This document shows, in pieces, positions 27,201 through 38,055 of a stretch of 64,000 bases of DNA. The DNA is from Balanoglossus misakiensis. Its lineage: Eukaryota; Animalia; Hemichordata. The notes below the pieces were generated by a model, which saw only the letters and a program-made list of their open reading frames with translations, was not told the origin of the DNA and did no database searches. Positions within the stretch are counted from its first letter, which is position 1; every line of letters starts with the position of its first letter. The stretch covers positions 653,468 through 717,467 of the forward strand of contig CM082596.2 of NCBI GenBank assembly GCA_040954595.2, in the 5' to 3' direction. The position numbers were made by a program, and so were the translations under genes.

Positions 27201-30200
27201 CTACTGATACGCCTACTTCCTATCGTTAACAACAAACATTCTCCTTTGAAATCATGTCAATATAAATTTCAGGTTTAGAAGGAAATCAATGTCGGAATCC
27301 AAGTGCAGTTGCTTCAATGACCAAACCGTGGTGTTACCATGCGGACAACTCCACAGATAGAATAGGTCGTGAATTTTGCAACATTTCTCTTTGTGACAGA
27401 GGTGAGTTTATAAATTCTGTTGTAATCTTGTAGATTTCATGGTGTGGACATGCCAGGAAACAGATGTTCCGGAAAGTAATTTCAGAGACTGCAGAAATAA
27501 ATAGCAAAATGAAAGTATTGCTGGCTCTCCGTAAAAGTCAACTGCATGATGACGCTCTGCTGGTAATAAAGTCCAAAAATAGCTAGTAATGACCTCAATC
27601 GAACTAGGCTCTCTTAAACATAATTATATCTGACCTGAATTGTTTTTAGAAATGGAACAACCAATAAATATGTCAATTAGGTGGTACTAGTCACAGTCAT
27701 GTCACTCGGGTGACAAAGTGGAGCAAATGCTGAATGATACCCCTAATTTGTCACACATGCAAGCTAGTATCTGTTTTGACTTTTTAAAAATGCCATGACC
27801 TAGTGACAAGTGTCAGTGGCAACATATATATCAACTTTTTTGCAGTACCTCAAGTAAACGTTGATGAATTCATACCCACGGAAAAGAAACTACCAAGGAA
27901 CTGGTACAAGAAGTATTCAGAGTTCTTGACTGATCATCTCAAGGAGGATTTTGAAGCTTATTATCGAGATCCTGGTTTCCAACGTGTCAAGAGTGAGATA
28001 CCACCTGACTGGTACGGGTTCATGACATTCAGTTCCACTCCAGACTTCAGCGATTTACAGAATATATTGAAATTATCAAGAGACGAGATAAAACAGTTGG
28101 GACATCAAGCTGAAGACTTCATACTACAGTGTACCTTTGACCAGGGAAAGTGCAGTTACAAGTGAGTATACACAAGATTCAAAATTTTGTCAACAATGGC
28201 TGCTTACTCATCAGCATCTAACTCATAGAGCATCTTTGTGTTTTTCTATCCTAGGGATTTCCACCTGTTTGCAAGCAGTCAATACGGCAACTGCTTCACT
28301 TTCAACCATGGTTTGAACGGCAGCAAAGTGAAAGAGTCGACCAGAGCTGGTGCAAACAACGGTAAGGCGCCATCACACGGCCACCATAGCTGTTTTTTTC
28401 ATCTTCACAATCGTCTCACTAAGTTTTCAAAACTACAAATGGATGGCCACAACTCAAATTATCTTGTTATATGTCAACAGGGCTAAAGTTAACATTGTTT
28501 ACAGAGCAAAGTGAATACATTAGTTTATTTGGACAATCATCGGGAGTCAAGGTTTCGATTCATCGTCATGACGCTGAACCTTTCCCAGAAGATGATAGTG
28601 TCACTGTCCAGACTGGAAGTGAGACATCAATAGCTTTGAAAGAGGTATGAACTAAATGCATGTCAACACATTTGTCTGATTGTTGCCACCCCTACCCTGA
28701 GCACCACAGTGACCACCACCACCACCACCGTCATCATCATTATAAGAAGACTACTGCAAAATTCTAACAATAAATCTTACCCTAATTTTTTTATCTTTTC
28801 AGGGACTAATTAAAAGACTGACACCACCCCATGGAGAGTGCTCACAAGGCCCATCTGCCGACTTTAATATGAGTGCAAAAGAAGAATGGGCTTATAGTCA
28901 AATAGTAAGACAGCATGAAATTATGTTCACAGGGTTGCATTTTTTAGAAAGTGAAATAGCCTTTTACAGATGATCTTGTTTAACTGTGCACAAACACTTC
29001 CTTCCTGGACAATAATCAAATTCCCCGAAATGTAATGTCCACAGTCCCTGTGTGTACCGGCCGTCATCCCTGTTCTAACTTCTAAATGCCAGACTGTAAT
29101 AATTTAACATTTTGTTTTGTGGATTCTATCACCAGGCATGCCAACATAGTTGTACAAAACGTCACATGCTGAAGATGTGTGAATGCATTGATACGTATAA
29201 CGATGACGGACCAAGATGTATGATACAAAACACCACACAAGGTAAATCGTTTTGTCATCATGTGTCAATTATCATTGCAATGAGTGAAAAGTCACTCCAC
29301 TCACTCAATTCTAGAGAAACTTTACACTCTGACTCTGCTGTTTCTGTTTCCAGAGATCTGTCGTCAACTTATGTACTTCCTTCATCAAAGAAACGGACTA
29401 CCATGTGACTGCAGGATACCTTGCAAGTGAGTTTAAACTTCTGCAGTCCTTGTCGTTTTTTACAATATATGAACAGCCCACAAGTGTCAAGTGTCTGCAT
29501 ATCAATATTTGAACACTTTGCAACATCTTGTGAATGCCAAAGTACCAGCAGAAAAGCCTCCTTTGTAGGGATAGGCATGCTAGCGCCGCCAATGGCCAAA
29601 ATCACAGCTTGGAGCAGACTTGTACAGTTGGGGAATAAAGGATGATGACGGTTGCACTTTTAAAACAGATTCACATTAAGTAAATAATTCTGGGTTGATT
29701 TTCCACAGTGAAACTTGGTATGGTAAGACTATTTCACAGTCATATTGGCCGTCAACAAAATACTTGGTGAGTGGTAGTGTTGTTGTTGTTGTGTGTAAAT
29801 AGTTAGAGAAACAATGACAGACAGTCAGAGCTAATGACAGAGACAGAAAAAGACAGCATGTTCTATATTCAACAAGCACCAGTAGTAACACATCTTGCAC
29901 ATGAAAACCATGGTCTAGAATTGATAAGCTATGTAAGAATGATATAATGCAAATTTGTGGAAAGCACACATAAGTATTGAGAGTCTGGTAAAATTTAATG
30001 ACAGTAGAGTCTGGGTGAAACATTAAAAGCTGAAAATAGTCTTCGTCTGGAGATGTATAAAATGACAATGCTATTATGTGCGAACTCTACATACATTATC
30101 ACACAAGGTCAGTTGCCACCAAAGTCCTGTGCAAATGACATCTCCATTTCATACAACAGACATTGCCTATTTTAGGGCAGAGAGCCACAAATTTTCTCAA

Positions 30201-31010
30201 TAGTTTTAAAGGTAGATTTGCTTCTCTAAAGAGAAAGAGATATTATCTGAAGGACTTTTTATTTCTTGTTATGAAGGGATCTTTACTCAGAGTGTTGCAT
30301 TCACTCAACGATAAGACCAAAGATATAAGAAACAGCAATGATGCACGGTAAGATATTCAAACTTTTATCACTCATATTTCATTGATAAAGTATTAAAAAG
30401 GCATATCTTCCAGTTTCAGATTGTAGTGTGATTGAAGCGTTACTTCCCAATAACTGTCTGTGAACTTGACTTTTCATGCCAGAAGAACACCAAGTACATG
30501 TATGTGTAAAACAACAGTTTGTGTTGCTACTCAATGAAATGTTGCATATTAATATTAAACCCTTCTTCAGGAGGAATCTGGTTCGGTTAGAAGTGTATTT
30601 TGAAGAATTAAATTATGAAAAGGTGGAAGAGACACCAGCATACCTGGTGAGTAATTGTTATTTACAGGAAGCTTCTGAGAATACAGAAGTCAGACTATAA
30701 TTATAGAGGTGTTGAACCACACTCTTTTTTTCACACATGCACCAGAGTTTCTCGTTTATGTATTGCACACCATCCATCCATAGGCAGACAACACACACAC
30801 AATCTGTTATGTTTTCATGATATTCTACATTTTGTTATTTTTCAGCTTGAAAATCTTATTGGTGATATTGGTGGATCACTCGGACTATATATTGGCCTGT
30901 CTCTCATCACCGTTGCTGAATTCATTGAATTTTTGTGTGATCTTTTCCGACTCTGCTTTGCCCGATTATCTCAGCCGTCTCGGAGACATGTACCTGCATC
31001 CATATTGTGA
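17899..31010 (+). CDS. Giant DEG/ENaC (amiloride-sensitive Na+ channel family) subunit with LDLa/PAN/kringle insert, about 1,700 aa
   Basis: N-terminal channel exon 18278-18690 encodes [11 protein letters not shown]1 and [10 protein letters not shown]. It is followed by 22 module exons (19613-27401). C-terminal channel exons are 27846-28161, 28255-28361 (YGNCFTFN), 28481-28644, 28803-28904, 29136-29241, 29354-29426 (Cys-rich thumb), 29709-29766, 30277-30347, 30571-30646 ([10 protein letters not shown]) and 30846-31010 ([27 protein letters not shown]2, stop). The first coding exon is uncertain (ATG at 15762, 17175 or 17899). Confidence 0.88.
18185..18237 (+). repeat. (TTGA)n microsatellite
   Basis: About 13 perfect TTGA units in an intron, just upstream of the channel TM1 exon. 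Confidence 0.95.
18278..18690 (+). CDS. DEG/ENaC N-terminal exon: HG gating motif, TM1, post-TM1 FPAxTxCN
   Basis: Translation ...[79 protein letters not shown]...; phase-1 donor G|GTGAGT at 18690. Confidence 0.93.
19613..21440 (+). CDS. Channel insert block 1: seven LDL-receptor class A (LDLa) exons, three degenerate
   Basis: Exons 19613-19732, 19840-19962, 20239-20364, 20571-20684, 20812-20928, 21039-21158 and 21351-21440. Example: [36 protein letters not shown]. All are phase 1-1. Confidence 0.88.
21689..23279 (+). CDS. Channel insert block 2: four PAN/apple domain exons
   Basis: Exons 21689-21946, 22123-22371, 22619-22864 and 23037-23279, about 81-86 aa each. They share a C-x3-C...F.C.(A/S)(V/A)(D/N)...C pattern and end in a YE/HE/YQ-type motif, e.g. 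[31 protein letters not shown]. Confidence 0.85.
23499..24618 (+). CDS. Channel insert block 3: four LDLa exons
   Basis: Exons 23499-23615, 23873-24007, 24269-24379 and 24502-24618, each with six Cys and a C-x-D-G-(S/T)-D-E-type acidic motif. Confidence 0.9.
24870..27401 (+). CDS. Channel insert block 4: kringle-LDLa-kringle-LDLa-LDLa-kringle
   Basis: Kringle 1 at 24870-25136 ([33 protein letters not shown]), LDLa 25323-25448, kringle 2 at 25650-25925, LDLa 26072-26206, LDLa 26350-26469, and kringle 3 split over 26671-26805 and 27273-27401. Confidence 0.9.
25960..25989 (+). repeat. (CTAT)n microsatellite
   Basis: ctatctatctatctacctatctatctatc, intronic. Confidence 0.85.
27846..31010 (+). 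CDS. DEG/ENaC C-terminal half: palm, beta-ball, thumb and TM2
   Basis: [46 protein letters not shown], Cys-rich thumb, [28 protein letters not shown] (GxS selectivity filter). Ten exons in frame. Confidence 0.93.
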
Positions 31011-31229
31011 TGCCCTTCAGTGACTGTCAAAAAGCATCACTTCATTGTCAAGATGCTTTGTAGGCTAAGTGTCAGTTATACCAAGTATAAAAGGCTACTG
31101 TAGCACAGGAGTCCAGCAAAGAAGTGTATTCATCAAGATGTACAAGAGGGGTCCTTGTTACAAGGAAAAGAAACAGATTGTTCAGCATGAAGTACTCAAG
31201 TCTTTAAGTCTAAACTTAAGACCTATTTA

Positions 31230-31330
31230 TTGAGAGAGAACACTCATGTGACACTGTGTAAAGAGCCAGTGTCATGGATACCAGGCGCTATATAAATTAA
31301 TTATCCTATCATATCATATCATATCATATC
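31230..31330 (+). mobile_element. Possible SINE/L2-type retroposon 3' tail ending in (ATCAT)n
   Basis: ...tgtaaagagcc...ggcgctatataaattaattatc followed by atcat repeats. This resembles the GCGCTATATAAAT + short tandem-repeat tails of L2-mobilised elements. Confidence 0.35.
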
Positions 31331-31497
31331 GTAAGTAAAAAATTACTGAGAAGTTTTCAATAATTCTTTAACATCCATTAAAGGGACAATGTCATTCACT
31401 TTTCCCAGAATTTTTTGCTATTTAAATTTGTTTTCAATGTTTGCATTGTGGTAGTATTCATTGTCATGACCACATGCATATTTCAACATAGTACATG

Positions 31498-31522
31498 ACA
31501 CACACACACACACACACACACA
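31498..31522 (+). repeat. (CA)n microsatellite
   Basis: About 12 CA units. Confidence 0.9.
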
Positions 31523-33299
31523 AAAGTATCACATACAGATTGCAATTTTAGTATTCAAATATATATGTGTAAGTATCCAACATTTAACATTCCACACCCA
31601 TATTAAAGAATTAAGATAGCCATAAATTCAAATTTTGGTATTAATATGTGTATTTGATATATATGTTATGTAAATTCATTACTTTATATCAATATTTATA
31701 CTTAATATTTTGGATTAAACAAGCTACCCTTCAATTTACACCAGCACACATTTACAAATGAAGTTACATTTAGTTATGGTATTTATATATTTAATAATTA
31801 ATATCCATCTTTTCTCCAGGGGCATTCCCCTAGTTACTATCACTTATGCAAATTTAGTCACAGTTACCATAGAGGGAAGAGATCTAGCCAATGACAGATT
31901 TTCCCTGGGTGGCCACATAGTTTAAACTATGCAAGTGATTATGTCAACTGGAGGAGATTGTAATCATTGAAGCTGCCAATTACTAACAGTGCAGCATGGG
32001 ACAGGGTACTGTGGCAAAGTGCTTGGATCAACAAAGAAAAATCCCTTCACTGCTGATTTGAAAATGTAATTAAACATGCTAAAAATAACTTTATACAGTC
32101 ATGTATACTTTAATATTCACATTAATATTCACTTTGAAACAATATTAAAAGAAAATTGTGGAAATAACTTCTGTTCTTTGTAAGTGGAACTTTTTTGAAA
32201 AATAATTTTCTTTAAAACAATGAGACAGGATTCTACTCTGATCAGTATCTATTGCAAATTCAGAAAATGCAATGTACTGGGCTAAGCTATACTTGGTTCA
32301 ATTGTTTTGACTGTCCAGTAACTGCAGCCTTGCCAAAAAACTGACATGTGCATGTTAAAGTTAATGCCCATATCATAAATTAGACCATATGAATGTTCAG
32401 AAACCAATAGCTGGAACTGTTGGTGTTTTGGTCTGTTGAACTTGCACAATTAAACCTTAGACTGGAAATATTTGGTGATACTTGAAGACTTTGAAGTCCA
32501 TCAATATATATTTTCATATCAGCTTGAAAATGTATGCCAGGCGTAATGAAATGTTGCTGACTATTCTCTGTTTGGGATTTGATTCGGGTCTGACTTTGAA
32601 CAAACTATCAGTTCAACAAGTCATCTATATCTGGGTGAGTGTGTGTGTTTTGTGTGTGCGTTACGTTGATTTAGACATCAGTTTCTAGACTGACAAGTGT
32701 CCAGTGTGGCCATAATCTTGCAGCCAACATGGAATGTGACACTGCAGGTGGTAGGCCTGGTTGTGGATTGGTCACCACATCAGGAGCATGGTGGTAATTC
32801 ATCGTGCCTCTTCATGTGTTGGTTGGTAGAATATTTTTCTCTGGTTGTGCAGCAATACTCAGGCTCTAAGGCCCTGGACAGACAGTTCCAGGGTCCCCCG
32901 AGTACTGCCACTCCCCAGATAAAAGCAGTCACTTCATTTTCACGCCCAGCTGGGGGCCCTCTTCTTAGTTGGGGTCAAACGTTGACCGGGTCGATCACTT
33001 GACTTCTCAGCAATAGTTTTGGTAGCTTCAAGCTTTAAAGTTCAATAGCAAGTCTTCGGTGGACACTGCTCCAATTTTGTGCTATGTAACTCTCGTTGTG
33101 ACGACAATTCTTTCCGCTTTAGACTAAAATTCGTCCTCAGCTTTTCGATGGCCGTCTAATCGTCGTCGGAGATGTTTGAAGCTTGAGTGGCTGTTCACTA
33201 CATCTCCGCTGCGGTGCTGGCTTTCGCTCTCGTCTTTGGTGATGTGACTTAAAACGTGTTACTAAAAAGAATGATGTGGTTAACGAAGGCGAGTTGAGA

Positions 33300-33670
33300 T
33301 GCCATGTGCGGGAATGGCTACGTCGATCTGTACGGGCGGGCGGGCCCAGCATGCGGCAGGACGATTCTTGCTCAGCGTGCACGCACGTGGCCGGCCCCTC
33401 CAAATGTACGTTGTAGCAGGTGGGCGCCCTAGCTTAGCGTAAAAATAGAGGGCTCCCTAATATGGCTCCCTCAAACGTCAAAGGGTCGCTTTCAAAGTGT
33501 CAAATCTATCCAAACAGGGTCCCAGCTCCCCCGTTACATCTCCAGTAAAGTATTTTATTTTATTTGCCAATTGATCTCATTGCTTCCACCATCAAAACGC
33601 CCACACATGTAATCTTGCAGTCAATTAACAACACCCGATTCGTCAAAAAATAAAGATGGCCTCCTTCCTC
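33300..33670. promoter_or_regulatory. GC/CpG-rich promoter-like island with no assigned gene
   Basis: GGGCGGGCGGGCCC (GC box), GCGTGCACGCACGTGG (E-box/HRE-like) and AAGATGGC (YY1-like, about 33653) in an otherwise AT-rich region. Confidence 0.35.
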
Positions 33671-35742
33671 AAAGTGAAGTCTCCTACCGTGCAAGGGGGG
33701 CACTTAAAACTCTGTTGGTCCATTATTTCGCCTTTGAAATTTGTTTCTAACAACTCAACTTCCTGCCTGGTAAACTCGACATACACCTAGGAGGTCGTTA
33801 AGTCAAAATATCTTTTGTGTATGTGGGAGTAGGGCACAGAAATTTTGAAGGTCAAAAATCATGTCTGCATTTGCAATATAAAGATCAATGTGTGTATGTA
33901 GGCCAATGCAGTGTGTGAGGGTGTGTATGTATTTTTGATTTAATCATAAAACAAATATTATTAATCAGTGAGATAGACGCTTTTAAAGGTCAGAGCTTTG
34001 CATTATCCATTCTGAAAAGTTATAATAAAAGGAAGGGCATTTGTGAAACTTCGATCAATTTCCTTGTCTTTCGTGGTACTTTGGCAATTTTAGTCTTCAG
34101 TTCACGCGACTTGTGATCGGGATTTAGCCTCTTCTGCGCATGCATGGTGTCATCATTCGCAGGTTTTCTAATGCAGGGGAGGGGGCGCAGAAGTTAAAGA
34201 CGGTTTTTGTCAGGGCAGACAAACAGATGTAGGTCTAGGCTTAATGTACGATTAATGTCCATTTGGCCTTACAATCAGATACAAACAAGGTAATGAAATA
34301 GTTATTTGCGTCACTGAAAATTAAGAAAATGGTAGGCCTAAGTGGGCAAGTGATTGATAACACACAGACACATTTTCATATATTAGTATATTTGCTTTTG
34401 TTTGAGTTCTTTCCGTTTCTTCGCCCGTTTCTCACATACGTATTTTGTCTACAATCTGCATCTCACGCTCCATGTGACACACAAAATGAAACTGAAGAAT
34501 TCAATAAAATCTTTATTTTTTGTCTTGATCGGGGATTTCTTAAGACAGACAAACTGGGTCCAATTGTAACCAGCTCAATAACGAAAATAATGTATTCTGT
34601 AAAACGGTATCATCTATCTGACCCCTTACAGCAATCCAGTGACCCAACCAAACCCTTGACAAGTCCGGTAAATTCACTGATTCAGCAATATATTCATTCG
34701 ATTTTCTATAGTAATATAGAGCAAATATGTTCGGAGAATGCATTGTGTCTGATATGTTTAAAGTTAACGTTTTATATCGTGGTCTTTCTGTTTTGATTGA
34801 AACAAAAATATTTGTGAACTCATACATACTGAAAGTTTTCTCCATCGATCTGAATGCTGAATGTATTTATTGGAATTACTGGTACTCTTCTGCTGTATAA
34901 TGAAATACATAACGATAAGGAACAATTTCTTTTCTCAATACTATAATGAACATCTGGGTTTGAGGTAATTATGTAAGGCTTAGCATGTGAAAATGATAAA
35001 TTCTCCCTTCGGCCAAAATCCATTCACCAACGATGTTGATCAGTAATTTTTACAAAAGTCAAATATCGAAATTATTAAAAATTAAAATTACTGGAGAACT
35101 GTATCCCATAACTGTAAGTTTAAACCTCATAACATTAATATCCACCTTGAAGCTGAATATGAAGCATGGTGGTGGATTTGTCTGAATTTTTTGTACATGA
35201 TTTGTGTCAGCAGCAGCTGTACACACAAAAGTCAAAGTTCATACAACAGCGACAAGAAATAAGATATCATTGGAGTCATATCAAGCCGTACAGATAGTTT
35301 GGAGAGGCGCAATGAGATCTATCTCCTTCTGCCAAGATTGATCAGCAGAGGCCAGACACTGAGTGTGCGCACTCGTCACAGTCAAATGTATTCTCCATTT
35401 CAGCAGACGTACAAATCGGGAGTGATATCTGTCGATGAAATCGCGAAAACCGAAAGAATAAATACAATCGTCCTCGTTATCATTACCGTTAATACAAGCA
35501 ATCGACGTTGCTATCGTGGAAGCGCGGTCTTTCAACATAGACGAAATACCAAAATGTCAACTGCCATGCGCATTGGTTCAGAAATTTAAATGATTCTGAA
35601 TTTCGTTTGATTTTACCAGCAATATATTTTGTTTGCTCGATACGGTCAGCTTAAATTTACATTAATCGTCCATTCCAATGCACATGGCAGTAACATTTTG
35701 ATTTCGGGGTATCAAAATCAAATGGAGTAAAATAGATTTCAT

Positions 35743-36624
35743 TTATCCGAACATTAAACCCCATCCATAGTCATCACGTCCTCGTTTGTTGTCATTTCCG
35801 TTCCTTGATCTTAACCTTGCACGACCTTTTGACCTTTTGTCGAGAACGGTGCGCTTTATGCTTTCACGAAGCACATCCATTGGATCCTGGTTTTCATCGG
35901 TCATTCCTTGTTCTAAGTCTGTTTCGTAATCATCGAAGTCTCTGTCGGCAATTTCCGCAACAAATGGGTCTTCTTCACCGCTGAGTCGTTTCCCAAACAT
36001 CGGACCCCATCCATACCCTTCTTCGAGTCCACGCTTTTCGTTAGTTTCTGCTATGTTGGAATCGTCGAATGTAACCGTGTGTTGTGGACTCCTCTTGCCG
36101 AACATCATACCCCAACCGTAATCGCGCGAGGGATCTCTCTCAGATATCAAGCCCCCTCTTTTACCAAACATCATTCCCCAACCATAGTCATTGCCTCGTT
36201 TCGCACTTGCTTCTTTCGGCACAACTTTTTCGTCCTTAAACGCTTTGTCAGAATGGAGGGATTTATCGACATTGTTCCAACCATATGAAGATTCATCCAC
36301 CAGACCTCTCTTGCCAAACAGCATTCCCCATCCGTAATCACCCTTCCCTGGGTCTTTTTTGCTCTGGGCCCCTTGACCCTGCCGTTGATTGCCGCCTCTT
36401 TTGCCGAACATCATTCCCCAACCGTAATCGTTTCCCCGCTTGGCCTCCAGTGGCCCCTTCTCTTCATCATCCGCCTGTTGCCCGGCAACCCAATTCACTT
36501 CCGGCGCCAGTATACTCTCTCCAACCTCAGCCTTTTTGCTGAAAGTTGTCGTTGGCAACCATGCCGATAAAGTCACATCTAAGTAAATAGATAGGAAGAA
36601 CAAAATTGCCAAATGTCTCACCAT
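35743..36624 (-). CDS. Gastrin/cholecystokinin/sulfakinin-type neuropeptide precursor with six (D/G)YGWGxxF-amide peptides
   Basis: 293-aa single coding exon with a signal peptide (MVRHLAILFFLSIYLDVTLSA). Peptides flanked by KR/KK/R, each with a C-terminal Gly amide donor: GNDYGWGMMF (x2), DPGKGDYGWGMLF, DPSRDYGWGMMF, GLEEGYGWGPMF, GRDDYGWGLMF. The DY-G-x-G-x-x-F-amide pattern matches the CCK/sulfakinin family. A splice acceptor (ttttcattttttgcag) lies about 20 nt upstream of the ATG. Confidence 0.9.
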   Translation of the reverse strand: MVRHLAILFFLSIYLDVTLSAWLPTTTFSKKAEVGESILAPEVNWVAGQQADDEEKGPLEAKRGNDYGWGMMFGKRGGNQRQGQGAQSKKDPGKGDYGWGMLFGKRGLVDESSYGWNNVDKSLHSDKAFKDEKVVPKEASAKRGNDYGWGMMFGKRGGLISERDPSRDYGWGMMFGKRSPQHTVTFDDSNIAETNEKRGLEEGYGWGPMFGKRLSGEEDPFVAEIADRDFDDYETDLEQGMTDENQDPMDVLRESIKRTVLDKRSKGRARLRSRNGNDNKRGRDDYGWGLMFG

Positions 36625-37837
36625 TTCCCGTTCTCTGTGATAATCTGCAAAAAATGAAAAATGTTAGGCGATTAGACAATGACCAACACATATATGCAGA
36701 ACCTAAAACCAGAGCTAGACATTGAAAGTTTGCAGTGATGAAACGTGCATATTTGGACGTTATGATATCTTGTTTTATAGTTCTTATCACGCAGACTGAA
36801 TCCAGTACACTGAATAGCCTTGTTTTCAAATGCCAAACTTTACATTAATACATGAGACATAAGCGCCCTGAAATCTTTTGTCGGAAAAATCTCCTTTCAA
36901 AGTGTGTGATCAATTAAAGTGTTCACAAGGCGTACTGTTCAACGAGAAGCACGAACTGTCCATGTGATCATTGCATCATATTCGCTCCATACTTTCGCTT
37001 GGATTGGTTCAAACCACGTGACATTAACGAGGCATGACACACGATAGTTTTGCCTTCGCTCTGATGACCTGTTTACTTTGTGCTGTGTTGACTGCCTGTA
37101 AAAACTCTTTTGTCTAGCTGTTAATGAAACTCAATGCTGTTTATTACAAGTAGCGAAAGAATATCTTGGCAATGTCAAGATTTGCAAAAAATAACACCTC
37201 TCATCATTGATATTATGTACTTTTCAAAGACCAGCGAAAAGTTCGTTGAAGGTTGCTTGGCTGTAACAGCTGAGCAGATGCTAGTCATCCTTGGCGATAG
37301 AATTCCAATGTTTGCCCTAATTGGTATTATGCATCGAAGACAGCGTCCAACTTCGTATGGCGCATCGTTCCAATCAATGGAAGATCTTGTTACGAAGAGG
37401 GGTTCGTTAAAAAAATAACGCTGAGAAAAAGTGTTTGACAACACAACAACATCACGAAATATTCACTTCAGATAAATGTCTCTACAACTTGACTTTAACT
37501 TCAACCGAATTAATCCCAAGAGAAACGTTTTTATACAGGCATCACCCAAGATTCGTTAACATCACTACCTTAAAAATTTGCAGAAAGACCACCAGACGTG
37601 CAGTCAACGTGTGATGAGAAAAACGAAAACTTATCTATCGTTAATTGTCATTTAACCGCAAGCCGGTTTCCATTGCAGATTAAACGAATGACAAACTTGT
37701 TTCATAATCTGTTACATCGCTGGGGGAGGTATCTGATATCTTGGCATCAGCCAAAGGAGGCAATTTCTGATGATCGTAAAAGCCTTCTTGCGGCTTAGGT
37801 CAGAAAAGCAGCGCATCGCTCAGGTCATTCGCACGAA

Positions 37838-38050
37838 CCAAGGGAATGGGTGTTTGGTACAGTTTTTTAAGGGAATGGGTGGTTGGCACAGTTTTTTTAA
37901 GGGAATGGGTGAGTAGCACAATTTTTAAGGGAATGGGTGAGTAGCACATTTTTTTAAGGGAATGGGTGAGTAGCACAATTTTTAAGGGAATGGGTGAGTA
38001 GCACAATTTTTAAGGGAATGGGTGAGTAGCACAATTTTTAAGGGAATGGA
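37838..38050 (+). repeat. About 29-bp minisatellite (AAGGGAATGGGTGAGTAGCACAATTTTT), about 7 copies
   Basis: Direct tandem copies; the first two are divergent and the later ones near-identical. Confidence 0.92.
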
Positions 38051-38055
38051 TGGAT

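Noticed and set aside
19613-27401. Separate plasminogen/HGF-like or LRP-like gene nested in a channel intron
   Set aside because: No signal peptide, protease domain, TM segment, start or stop was found for it. Exons are on the same strand and phase-compatible with both channel halves.
31969-31992. AAGCTGCCA, resembling the miR-22 5' end
   Set aside because: Only the seed-length match is present and I could not see a convincing precursor hairpin.
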